Below are positions 50,246 to 62,377 of a stretch of DNA of 64,000 bases, piece by piece. A model generated the notes under the pieces. That model made no database searches. It was not told where the DNA came from and worked only from the letters and a program-made list of their open reading frames with translations. Source of the stretch: Malacoraja senta (taxonomy: Eukaryota); contig JAXLNO010000618.1 of assembly GCA_038087875.1 (NCBI GenBank), positions 250,001 through 314,000 of the forward strand. The letters run 5' to 3'. Within the stretch, counting starts at the first letter, position 1, and every line of letters starts with the position of its first letter. The translations under genes and the position numbers were made by a program.

Positions 50246-52187
50246 GACGTGGTGTCGAAGGACGAGATGCAGAAACAAAGAAGTGGAAGCCAAATAACCG
50301 AACGGAAACGATGCCGAAATGCCAAATAACCGAACGGAAACGATGCCGAAAAGCCAAATAACCGAACGGACACAAGAATGAAAAGCCAAATAACGGAAAG
50401 GGCGAGACGCCTAAAAGCCAACAAACCGAACGGAAACGACGACGAAAAGCCAAATAACGGACATGATGTCACAGGGGGATGGGATTTATCAGCGATTGGT
50501 CCAGAACCCCGTGTCCATCACATCACTGGCCGGGGGAGACAGAAGGGTGGGGATCATTTTTAATTTTCCTTCGCTACCTTTGGTCTTTCCTAAATATAAA
50601 ATAAAACTCCGTGTGATTGGAACTTTCGGTTTCTTTAACAAAATAATAATCCAAATTGGTTCCATTGATATTTACACCAACTGTAACAATTATATTTTGA
50701 CTACCACAATACATTTACGTACACTACCGTGCATCTTGAAGGCCACTGGTCCTTTTGGGTGTGAATCGAGAAACCAGACGAAAATTATGACTGATTTTTA
50801 AAGAATATCTTAGCTCACTGAGTCAGCTCACTGATATGAGTAAGTGTGAACCGGCATGAGTTAGTGTCAGCGTGCACGCCCGAGAGATGGGAAGTGTCCA
50901 CGCTGCGCTGCCTCGTGTTTTTATTCCCAGTAAGCAGAATTCTTCGAACCTCCGTTGACCCCCAGCTGAGGCGGTGGGCGGCCGTGGCCGGACAGCACTG
51001 ACCCGGGGAAGAGAGTGTGGGCTGTCCCAAAGGTTGAGCTCCTTCGGCCGCTTACACAACAGGACAGGCAGTATCTCTGGAGAGAAGAAATGGGTGATGT
51101 TTCGGTTCTAGACCCATCAGAGTGAACTGAAGTCTCGTCGGTGAGAGTACTTGTGATTGTCTGAAGACGGGTCCCTACCCAAAAAGTCACCCATTCCTTC
51201 TATCCAGAGATGATGTCTGTCCCGCTGAGTTACTCCATCATTTTGTGTCTATTTGTCAGTGTGTACCAGCATCAGCAGCATCTTCCCACACAAGAATACC
51301 CGGGGCTGGAGGGTGACACTGGGCACTCTGTACCCGAGCACCAAGGTGTAAGCGGCTGAAGGAGCTTATCCTTCGTGACAGCACGCACTCTCTTCCCGGC
51401 CGAGCTCCACCTCGGCTGGAGGTCCACGGAAGTTCGAAGAATTCTGCTTAGTGGGAATAAAGGCCCAAGGCAGCGTAGCGCGGACATTTCCCATCTCTCG
51501 GGAGTGCACGCTGACAATAACTCACGCCTATTCACACTTACTCATATCATTTTTTTCGTCTGGTTTCTCGATTCACACCCAAAAGACCAGTGGCTTTCAA
51601 GATGCACGGTAGTGTATGTAAATGTATTGTGATAGTCAAAATATGATTGTTACAGTTGGTGTAAATATCTATGGAACCAAATTAGATTATTATTTTGTAT
51701 AATCAACCGAAAGTTCCAATCACATGCAGTTTTATTTTATACTTAGGAAATTCCAAAAGTGGTGAAGGAAAATTAAAAAATGATCCCCACCCACCCATCT
51801 TCCCCGGCCAGTGATGTGATGGACTCGGGAGTCTGGACCAATCGCTGACAAGTTCCACCCCCCTGGTGACGTCATGTTTGTTATTTGGCTTTTTGGCGAT
51901 GCGTCCGTTTGGTGAGTTGGCTTTTAGATGTCCCGCCCTTTTGGTTATTTGGCTTTTCGGCGATCCGCCCTTTCAGTGAGTTGGCTTTTCGTCGTCTTTT
52001 ATGTTCCGTTAGTCGGCTCTTAGGCATCTCACCCTTTCGGTTATTTGGCTTTTCGGCCTCGCGTCCGTCGTTTTTTTGGCTTTTTGGCCTTGCGCTCTTT
52101 TGGTTATTTGGCTTTATGGCATTGTTTCCGTTCGTTTATTTAGCTTCCACTTCTTCGCTTCGGCATCTCACCCTTCGATGCCACGTC
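50246..52187. mobile_element. Foldback-type element with ~810-840 bp imperfect inverted arms and ~30-bp subterminal tandem repeats
   Basis: 50246-51057 aligns to the reverse complement of 51346-52187; AAAAGCCAAATAACCGAA-type repeats at both outer ends; a PLE-derived short repeat sits in the spacer; no TSD recognised. Confidence 0.85.
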
Positions 52188-52439
52188 TGCACACGGAGTG
52201 ACAGTGAATGGGTGAGTGAGAGTGAATGAGTGAGAGTGAGTGAGAGTGAGTGTGAGTTGAGAGTGTGGGTGAGTGTGTGTAAGTGAGTGTGTGAGTGAGA
52301 GTGAGAGTGGGTGAGTGAGAGTGAGTGAAGAGTGTGTGAGAGAGGAGTGAGTGTGAGTAGGTAAGTGAGTGAGGGAGAGTGAGTGAGAGTGAATGGGTGA
52401 GTGAAGTGTGAGTGAGAGAGTGCGGCCCTTTCTTTGTGC

Positions 52440-53445
52440 CTTTCTTTGCGGCTCTGTCGGTGGTCGTGTTTGCAGGCGTGTCGGATGCCGTCATGGCGGG
52501 CATGTTGGTGGCGTGTCGTGGGCCGTGCCGGTGGCCGTGTCTGCAGGCGTGTCGGATGCCGTCATGGCGGCCGTGTCGGCGGCGGTGTCGTCGACCGTGT
52601 CGTCAACCGTGTTTGCGGCCGTCTCGGTGGGTTTGTTGTCGGCCATGTTGGCGGCCGTGTCGGCGCGTGTGTCGGTGGCTGTGTCGGTGGGCATGTTGGT
52701 GGCCGTGTCGGCGGGCATGTTGGTGGCCGTGTCGGCGGGCATGTTGCCGGCCCTGTCGGCGGCACATGTGTCAGTGGCCGTGTCGGCGGGAATGTCAGCG
52801 GGCATGTTGGTGGCCCTGTCGGCGGGCATGTTGGTGGCCCTGTCGGCGGCACATGTGTCGGTGGCCGTGTCGGCGGGCATGTTGGTGGCCGTGTCGGCGG
52901 GCATGTTGGCGGCCCTGTCGGCAGGGGTGTCGGCGGGCATGTTGGTGGCCCTGTCGGTGGGCATGTTAGTGGCCCTGTTGGCGGGCGTGTCGGTGGCCGT
53001 GTCGGCGGGCATGTCAGCGGGCATGTTGGTGGCCCTGTCAGCGGGCATGTCGGCATGTGTGTTGGTGGCCGTGTTGGCGCATGTGTCGGTGGCCGTATCG
53101 GCGGGCATGTTGGTGGCCGTGTCGGCGTGTGTGTTGGTGGCCGTGTCGGCGTGTGTGTTGGTGGCCGTGTCGGCGCATGTGTTGGTGGCCGTGTCGGCGT
53201 GTGTGTTGGTGGCCGTGTCGGCGTGTGTGTTGGTGGCCGTGTCGGCGGGCATGTCAGCGGGCATGTTGGTGGCCCTGCCGGCGGGCATGTCGGTGGGCGT
53301 TGTGCAGGTGTCTTTGATGTTGTGGTCGGATGAACAAAAGCTGATGGAGTCCATGCTCTCCCCAGAGCTGGTGCTGGGCGGTGACTTGGGCTGCTCGCTG
53401 TTCTTGGGAGTGCTGTTCCTGATGACCTCTGACCCTAGAAAGAGC
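52440..53445 (-). CDS. RGL1-like: RGL1/RalGDS-like linker exon with a large internal tandem-repeat expansion and an in-frame stop at 52493-52491
   Basis: Acceptor cctacttgcag| at 53446. Reads LFLGSEVIRNSTPKNSEQPKSPPSTSSGESMDSISFCSS, matching recalled vertebrate RGL1 LFLGSDMITSPTPTKEQPKSTASGSSGESMDSVSVSS. The same frame ends TEPQRK at 52457-52440, versus recalled RGL1 DEPQKK. Confidence 0.75.
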
Positions 53446-54224
53446 CTGCAAGTAGGGAGCACAATGCATCAGCACACACATCTGGAGAAGCCGTGCGGTC
53501 ACAGAGAGAACATGCCAACTCCACACACACACACACAGCCGGAGAAGGCACACGGTCAAAGGGTGAATGTGCAAACTCCACACACACAGGCAGCACCCAA
53601 GGTCAGCATCAAACACATTCCTAGACTCGGCAAGGCCAGCAACATAATCAAGGATGTCAAATCTTGGCCACTGCCTCTTTTCCCCTCTCCCATCAGGCAA
53701 AAGGTAAAGAAGTGTGGAAACGCACAGATTCAGGGACAGTTACTTCCCAGCTGTTATCAGGCAACTGAACTATCCTACCCCTACCAGAGAGCAGTGCTAA
53801 ACTACTATCTACCTCATTGATATCCATCTATCTATCCTGATTGATATCCACCTTGGTCTATCCTTGATCGTACTTTACTGGGTTTATCTTGCACTAAACA
53901 TTATTCCCTTATCATGCATCTGTACACTGTAAATGGCTCGATTGTAATCATATATTGTCTTTCGGCTGACTGGATAGCACGCAACAAAAAGCTTTTCACT
54001 GTATCGCGGTACACGTGACAATAAACTAAACTGACCTGGGTCTCATGCGCTGTGAGGCAGCAGCTCTAATGTTAATTGGCTTCTATGAATTGTCCCTAAG
54101 CATATAGAATAACATAGAATTAGCATGAGGGTGATCGTTGGTCAGCGTAGACTCGGCGGGCCGAAGGGCCTGATTCCATGCTGTATCTCTAAAACTAAAC
54201 TAAGGAGGATTCAGCATATGTGGG

Positions 54225-56032
54225 GTAGACAAAAGTGCTGGAGAAACTCAGCGGGTGCAGTAGCATCTATGGAGCGGAGGAAATAGGCAACGTTTCGGGC
54301 CGAAACCCTTCTTCAGACTGATGTAGGGTGGGGGGGTGGTGGTGGGGAGAAGAAAGAAAAGGAGGAGCCAGAAGGCTGAGGGAGAGCTGAGAAGGGGAGG
54401 AGAAGAGGAGGAGACAACATGGGCTACCGGAAATTGGAGAAGTTAATGTTTTTGCCGCTAGGGTGCAAACTGCCCAATATGAGGTGCTGCTCCTCCAATT
54501 ACTGGTGGTGCTCACTCTGGCCATGGAGGAGGCCTAGGACGGAAAAGACGGATTCGGAATGGGAGGGGGAGTTGAAGTGCTGAGCCACAGGGAGATCAGG
54601 TTGGTTAATGCGGATCGAGCGGAGGTGTTCGGGGAAACGATCGCCAAGCCTACGCTTGGTCTCACCGATGTAGATCAGCTGACATCTAGAGCACTGGATG
54701 CAATAGATGAGGTTGGAGGAGATGCAGGTGAACCTCTGTCGCACCTGGAACGACTGCTTGGGTCCTTGAATGGAGTCGAGGGGGGAGGTAAAGCGACAAG
54801 TGTAACATCTCTTGCGGTTGCAAGGGAAAGTGCCCGGGGAGGGAAGGGAAGGGACGAATTGACCAGAGAGTTACGGAGGGAGCGGTCTTTGCAGAGAGCA
54901 GACAGTCCACTATAAACCCACTGACTCCAATGGCTATCTAGACTACATTTCATCCCACCCTGCTTCCTGTAAGGACTCCATCCCCTACTCCCAATTCCTC
55001 CGTCTACACCGCATCTGCTCCCAGGATGACGTGTTCCACACCAGGACATCGGAAATGTCCTCATTCTTCAGGGAACGGGGGTTCCCCTCCCCTACTATAG
55101 ATGGGGCTCTCACCAGGGTCTCTTCAATAACCCGTAACACTGCTCTCTCTCCCCATCCCTCCACTCGCAACTAGGGCAGAGTCCTCCTAGTCTTCACCTT
55201 TCACCCCACTAGCCGTCACATACAACAAATAGTCCTCCGTCATTTTCGCCACCTCCAACGTGACCCCACCACTCGCCACATCCTCCCATCTCCACCCCGT
55301 CTGCTTTCTGCAAAAAACGCTCCTTCCGTAACTCCCTGGTCAATTCTTCCCTTCCCTCCCGCACCACCGCCTCCCCGGGTACTTTCCCTTGCAACCGCAA
55401 GAGATGCTACACTTGTCGCTTTACCTCCCCACTCGACTCCATTCAAGGACCGAAGCAGTCGTTCCAGGTGCGACAGAGGTTCACCTGCATCTCCTCCAAC
55501 CTCATCTATTGCATCCGCTGCTCTAGATGTCTGCTGATCTACATCGGTGAGACCAAGCATAGGCTTGGCGATCGTTTCGCCGAACACCTCCGCTCGGTCC
55601 GCATTAACCAACCTGATCTCCCTGTGGCTCAGCACTTCAACTCCCCCTCCCATTCCGAATCCGACCTTTCTGTCCTGGGCCTCCTCCATGGCCAGAGTGA
55701 GGACCACCGTAAATTGGAGGAGCAGCACCTCATATTCCGCTTGGGCAGTTTGTACTCTAGCGGCATAAACATTGACCTCCAATTTCCGGTAGCCCTTGCT
55801 GTCTCCTCCTCTTCCCCTCCCCTTCTCAGCTCTCCCTCAGCCCTCTGGCTCCTCCTCTTCCTTTCTCCTTTCTTCTTCCAATCCTCCCCCCCATCCTACA
55901 TCAGTTTGAAGAAGGGTTTTGGCCCGAAACGTTGCCTATTTCCTCCGCTCCATAAATGCTGCTGCACCCGCTGAGTTTCCCCAGCAATTGTGTCTACCTT
56001 CGATTTTCCAGCATCTGCAGTTCCTTCTTAAA
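54225..56032. mobile_element. 5'-truncated Penelope copy with inverted (tail-out) structure
   Basis: 54225-54900 is minus-strand GIY-YIG/pLTR; 54905-56032 is plus-strand RT end/GIY-YIG/pLTR; 16-bp TSD CAGCATATGTGGGGTA at 54212-54227 and 56033-56048. Confidence 0.9.
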
Positions 56033-59000
56033 CAGCATATGTGGGGTATGGGAGCTAATTGAGATGGATAAGGATGCCAGAAACAAATTATGGCAGAGTG
56101 AATAATGAACAGATGTTTAAAAACTGGAGTTCAAGGCATGATATAAAACAAAGTGAGAGAAAGATGAATGGGGAGAAAAGGCATAGACTAATTTCTAAAT
56201 GGGGTGAGAATCCAGAAATCGGAGGTGCAAAGGGAGTTGGGAGTTCTGGTGCAGGATTCCCAAAAAGGTAATCAGCAAGACAAATCAGTGATAAAGAAGG
56301 CAAACGCAATGCTCGCATTTATTTCAAGAGGGCTAGAATACAAAAACAGGGATGTAATGCTGAGGCTCTATAAGGCGCTGGTCAGGCCACATTTGCAATA
56401 TTGTGAGCAATTTCGTGCACCATATCTGAGGAAGGATGTGCTGGCTGTGGAGAGGGTCCAGAGGAGGTTTACGAGAATGATCCCAGGAATGAGTGGGTTA
56501 ACCTATGATGAGCGTTTATGACGGCAGTGGGCCTGTACTCGCTGGAGTTCATTGAAATGCACCGAATAGTGAAAGGTTTGGACAGTATGGATGTGGATAG
56601 GATGTTTCCACTCATGGGAGAGTCTCGGACAAGGGTTCCTAGCCTGGGTTAAATTTACCCCCAGAGGGTAAATTTCGCCTACCCAGGGGGTAAATTTATT
56701 GATTCTGGATTTGTACATACTTTTTCACTTTGACTGACTGTGTTTGGTTCTGGTATCGCAAATCTGTTCATCATTCATTGTCCATAAATAAGTGAAATAA
56801 TATTGTGACTGGGAGAATACTGGGAGAAATTCAGAGCCGAGCAGAGGAGGACAAAGGGCTTAATTAGGAAAGGGAAAATAGATTATGAAAGGAAACTGGC
56901 AGGGAACATAAAAACTGACTGCAAAAGTTTTTATAGATATATGAAGAGAAAGAGATTAGTTAAAACAAATGTAGGTCCCTTGCAGTCAGAAACAGGTGAA
57001 TTGATCATGGGGAACAAGGATATGGCGGACCAATTGAATAACTACTTTGGTTCCATCTTCACTAAGGAGGACATAAATAATCTGCCGGAAATAGCAGGGG
57101 GCCGCGGGTCAAAGGAGATGGAGGAACTGAGTGGAATCCAGGTTAGTCGGGAAGTGGTGTTGGGTAAATTGAATGGATTAAAGGCCGATAAATCACCAGG
57201 GCCAGATAGGCTGCATCCCAGAGTACTTAAGGAAGTAGCTCCAGAAATAGTGGATGCATTAGTGATAATTTTTCAAAACTCTTTAGATTCTGGAGTAGTT
57301 CCTGAGGGTAGCAAACGTAACCCCACTTTTTAAGAAGGGAGGGAGAGAGAAAACGGGGAATTACAGACCAGTTAGTCTAACATCGGTAGTGGGGAAACTG
57401 CTAGTCAGTTATTAATGATGGGATAGCAGCACATTTGGAAAGTGGTGAAATCATTGGACAAAGTCAGCATGGATTTACGAAAGGTAAATCGTGTCTGACG
57501 AATCTTATAGAATCTTTCGAGGATGTAACGAGTAGAGTGGATAGGGGAGAACCAGTGGATGTGTTGTATCTAGACTTTCAGAAGGCTTTCGACAAGGTAC
57601 CACATAAGAGATTAGGATACAAACTTAAATCACACGGTATTGGGGGTTCAGTATTGATGTGGATAGAGAACTGGCTGGCAAACAGGAAGCAAAGTGTAGG
57701 AGTAAACGGGTCCTTTTCACAATGGCAGGCAGTGACTAGTGGGGTACCGCAAGGCTCAGTCTTTGCAGAGAGCAGACAGTCCACTATAAACCCACTGACT
57801 CCAATGGCTATCTAGACTACATTTCATCCCACCCTGCTTCCTGTAAGGACTCCATCCCCTACTCCCAATTCCTCCGTCTACGCCGCATCTGCTCCCAGGA
57901 TGACGTGTTCCACACCAGGACATCGGAAATGTCCTCATTCTTCAGGGAACGGGGGTTCCCCTCCCCTACTATAGATGGGGCTCTCACCAGGGTCTCTTCA
58001 ATAACCCGTAACACTGCTCTCTCTCCCCATCCCTCCACTCGCAACTAGGGCAGAGTCCTCCTAGTCTTCACCTTTCACCCCACTAGCCGTCACATACAAC
58101 AAATAGTCCTCCGTCATTTTCGCCACCTCCAACGTGACCCCACCACTCGCCACATCCTCCCATCTCCACCCCGTCTGCTTTCTGCAAAAAACGCTCCTTC
58201 CGTAACTCCCTGGTCAATTCTTCCCTTCCCTCCCGCACCACCGCCTCCCCGGGTACTTTCCCTTGCAACCGCAAGAGATGCTACACTTGTCGCTTTACCT
58301 CCCCACTCGACTCCATTCAAGGACCGAAGCAGTCGTTCCAGGTGCGACAGAGGTTCACCTGCATCTCCTCCAACCTCATCTATTGCATCCGCTGCTCTAG
58401 ATGTCTGCTGATCTACATCGGTGAGACCAAGCATAGGCTTGGCGATCGTTTCGCCGAACACCTCCGCTCGGTCCGCATTAACCAACCTGATCTCCCTGTG
58501 GCTCAGCACTTCAACTCCCCCTCCCATTCCGAATCCGACCTTTCTGTCCTGGGCCTCCTCCATGGCCAGAGTGAGGACCACCGTAAATTGGAGGAGCAGC
58601 ACCTCATATTCCGCTTGGGCAGTTTGTACTCTAGCGGCATAAACATTGACCTCCAATTTCCGGTAGCCCTTGCTGTCTCCTCCTCTTCCCCTCCCCTTCT
58701 CAGCTCTCCCTCAGCCCTCTGGCTCCTCCTCTTCCTTTCTCCTTTCTTCTTCCAATCCTCCCCCCCATCCTACATCAGTTTGAAGAAGGGTTTTGGCCCG
58801 AAACGTTGCCTATTTCCTCCGCTCCATAAATGCTGCTGCACCCGCTGAGTTTCCCCAGCAATTGTGTCTACCTTCGATTTTCCAGCATCTGCAGTTCCTT
58901 CTTAAACAGCATATGTGGGGGATGGGAGCTAATTGAGATGGATAAGGATGCCAGAAACAAATTATGGCAGAGTGAATAATGAACAGATGTTTAAAAACTG

Positions 59001-60632
59001 GAGTTCAAGGCATGATATAAAACAAAGTGAGAGAAAGATGAATGGGGAGAAAAGGCATAGACTAATTTCTAAATGGGGTGAGAATCCAGAAATCGGAGGT
59101 GCAAAGGGAGTTGGGAGTTCTGGTGCAGGATTCCCAAAAAGGTAATCAGCAAGACAAATCAGTGATAAAGAAGGCAAACGCAATGCTCGCATTTATTTCA
59201 AGAGGGCTAGAATACAAAAACAGGGATGTAATGCTGAGGCTCTATAAGGCGCTGGTCAGGCCACATTTGCAATATTGTGAGCAATTTCGTGCACCATATC
59301 TGAGGAAGGATGTGCTGGCTGTGGAGAGGGTCCAGAGGAGGTTTACGAGAATGATCCCAGGAATGAGTGGGTTAACCTATGATGAGCGTTTATGACGGCA
59401 GTGGGCCTGTACTCGCTGGAGTTCATTGAAATGCACCGAATAGTGAAAGGTTTGGACAGTATGGATGTGGATAGGATGTTTCCACTCATGGGAGAGTCTC
59501 GGACAAGGGTTCCTAGCCTGGGTTAAATTTACCCCCAGAGGGTAAATTTCGCCTACCCAGGGGGTAAATTTATTGATTCTGGATTTGTACATACTTTTTC
59601 ACTTTAACTGACTGTGTTTGGTTCTGGTATCGCAAATCTGTTCATCATTCATTGTCCATAAATAAGTGAAATAATATTGTGACTGGGAGAATACTGGGAG
59701 AAATTCAGAGCCGAGCAGAGGAGGACAAAGGGCTTAATTAGGAAAGGGAAAATAGATTATGAAAGGAAACTGGCAGGGAACATAAAAACTGACTGCAAAA
59801 GTTTTTATAGATATATGAAGAGAAAGAGATTAGTTAAAACAAATGTAGGTCCCTTGCAGTCAGAAACAGGTGAATTGATCATGGGGAACAAGGATATGGC
59901 GGACCAATTGAATAACTACTTTGGTTCCATCTTCACTAAGGAGGACATAAATAATCTGCCGGAAATAGCAGGGGGCCGCGGGTCAAAGGAGATGGAGGAA
60001 CTGAGTGGAATCCAGGTTAGTCGGGAAGTGGTGTTGGGTAAATTGAATGGATTAAAGGCCGATAAATCACCAGGGCCAGATAGGCTGCATCCCAGAGTAC
60101 TTAAGGAAGTAGCTCCAGAAATAGTGGATGCATTAGTGATAATTTTTCAAAACTCTTTAGATTCTGGAGTAGTTCCTGAGGGTAGCAAACGTAACCCCAC
60201 TTTTTAAGAAGGGAGGGAGAGAGAAAACGGGGAATTACAGACCAGTTAGTCTAACATCGGTAGTGGGGAAACTGCTAGTCAGTTATTAATGATGGGATAG
60301 CAGCACATTTGGAAAGTGGTGAAATCATTGGACAAAGTCAGCATGGATTTACGAAAGGTAAATCGTGTCTGACGAATCTTATAGAATCTTTCGAGGATGT
60401 AACGAGTAGAGTGGATAGGGGAGAACCAGTGGATGTGTTGTATCTAGACTTTCAGAAGGCTTTCGACAAGGTACCACATAAGAGATTAGGATACAAACTT
60501 AAATCACACGGTATTGGGGGTTCAGTATTGATGTGGATAGAGAACTGGCTGGCAAACAGGAAGCAAAGTGTAGGAGTAAACGGGTCCTTTTCACAATGGC
60601 AGGCAGTGACTAGTGGGGTACCGCAAGGCTCA
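54885..60632. repeat. Tandem duplication of a 2874-bp unit (54885-57758 and 57759-60632)
   Basis: Constant 2874 offset of sequence and ORFs; 2-bp GT microhomology at the junction; only about 3 substitutions noticed. Confidence 0.97.
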
Positions 60633-61695
60633 GTGCTGGGACCCCAGCTATTTACAATTTATATTAATGATCTGGATGAGGGAATTGAAAGCAACATCTC
60701 CAAGTTTGCGGATGACACTAAGCTGGGGGGCAGTGTTAGCTGTGAGGAGGATGCTAGGAGACTGCAAGGTGACTTGGATAGGCTGGGGGAGTGGGCAAAT
60801 GTTTGGCAGATGCAGTATAATGTGGATAAATGTGAGGTTATCCACTTTGGTGGCAAAAACGGGAAGGCAGACTATTATCTAAATGGTGGCCGATTAGGAA
60901 ATGGGGAGATGCAGCGAGACCTGGGTGTCATGGCACACCAGTCATTGAAAGTAGGCATGCAGGTGCAGCAGGCAGTGAAGAAAGCGAATGGTATGTTGGC
61001 TTTCATAGCAAGAGGATTTGAGTATAGGAGCAGGGAGGTTCTAATGCAGTTGTACAGGGTCTTGGTGAGACCACACCTGGAGTATTGCGTACAGTTTTGG
61101 TCTCCAAATCTGAGGAAGGACATTATAGCCATAGAGGGAGTGCAGAGAAGGTTCACCAGACTGATTCCTGGGATGTCAGGACTTTCATATGAAGAAAGAC
61201 TGGATAGACTTGGCTTATACTCGCTAGAATTTAGGAGATTGAGAGGGGATCTTATAGAAACGTACAAAATTCTTATGGGGTTGGACAGGCTAAATGCAGG
61301 AAGATTGTTCCCGATGTTGGGGAAGTCCAGGACAAGGGGTCACAGCTTAAGGATAAGGGGGAAATCCTTTAAGACCGAGATGAGGAAAAACTTTTTCACA
61401 CAGACAGTGGTGAATCTCTGGAACTTTCTGCCACAGAGGGTAGTTGAGGCCAGTTCATTGGCTATATTTAAGAGGGAGTTAGATGTGGCCCTTGTGGCTA
61501 AGGGGATCAGGGGGTATGGAGAGATGGCAGGTACGGGATACTGAGTTGGATGATCAGCCATGATCATATTGAATAGCGGTGCAGGCTCGAAGGGCTGAAT
61601 GGCCTTCTCCTGCACCTATTTTCTATGTATCTATGTATCTATGTGTTATTAAAGTTGCCAGGGGTAAATGGGATGAAAAAGGTTGGCAACCCCTG
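59504..61695 (+). mobile_element. hAT/Charlie-like non-autonomous element inserted in a CR1 and itself interrupted by a younger CR1
   Basis: Ends CAAGGGTTCCTAGCC ... GGTTGGCAACCCCTG; 8-bp TSD GTCTCGGA/GTCTAGGA; GGGGTAAA subterminal motifs; host CR1 at about 59075-59503 resumes at 61696-61990. Confidence 0.8.
59690..61645 (+). mobile_element. Young 5'-truncated CR1 LINE, ORF2 RT with small frameshifts; open over 60309-61544
   Basis: QHGFTKGKSCLTNL, YLDFQKAFDKVPH, GVPQGSVLGP, KFADD, RPHLEYCVQFWSP; (TCTATGTA)n tail. Confidence 0.95.
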
Positions 61696-62377
61696 GTCTA
61701 GGATCAAAGCCTCAGAATTAAAGGACATTCCTTTAAGAAGGAGATGAGGAGGAATGTCTTTAGCCAGAGGGTGGTGAATCTGTGGAATTCATTACCACAG
61801 GCGGCTGTGGAGGCCGTCATTTAATATTTTTAAGGTGGAAATAGATAGATTCTTGATTAGAACGAGTGTCAGGGTTTATGGGGAGTAGATAGGAGAATGG
61901 GGTTGAGAGGGAAAAATAGATCAGCCATAATTGAATGGCGGAGTAGACTTGATGGGCCGAATGGCCTAATTCTGCTCCTGTAACTTATGAGTGAGGGGTC
62001 AATGTTAACTGAGGTGTTAACATATGATGGACAAGTAATTGGGATTGTGGTGATGCCCATGATACAGAGAGTATTGCTCAACGTGGTGAAATGATGCAGT
62101 CATTCTATCTAAGCTTACTTTAGAGATACAGCATGGAAACAGGCCGTTCGGCCCACCAAGTATGCGCCGACCAGCGATCACCCGTACACTAGGTCTACCC
62201 TACTCACTGGGGCAATTTTCAGAATTAATCTACACACCTGCACGTCTTTGGAGGAAATCGGAGCACCCAGAGAAAACCCACACAGACACAGCGAGAACGT
62301 ACAAACTCTAGTCCCACCTGCCTGCATTTGGCCCATATCCCTCCAAACCTTTCCTATTTCCAGACCTGTCAAAATGT

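Noticed and set aside
36698..50453. Many long His/Ser/Leu/Thr-rich ORFs on the minus strand (up to 551 aa)
   Set aside because: They arise in all three frames because the (ACTC)n strand rarely forms stop codons; no domain content or frame preference
50285..50460. ~30-bp repeats with variable intervening bases, CRISPR-like at first sight
   Set aside because: They are mirrored at the other end of the foldback element, so they are subterminal repeats; no cas genes
52408..53820. Plus-strand Ala/Val-rich (470 aa), Cys/Trp/Arg-rich and Gly/Val-rich ORFs resembling membrane or keratin-associated proteins
   Set aside because: Antisense shadows of the 12/24-bp repeat; only the minus frame has a splice acceptor and recognisable RGL1-like flanks
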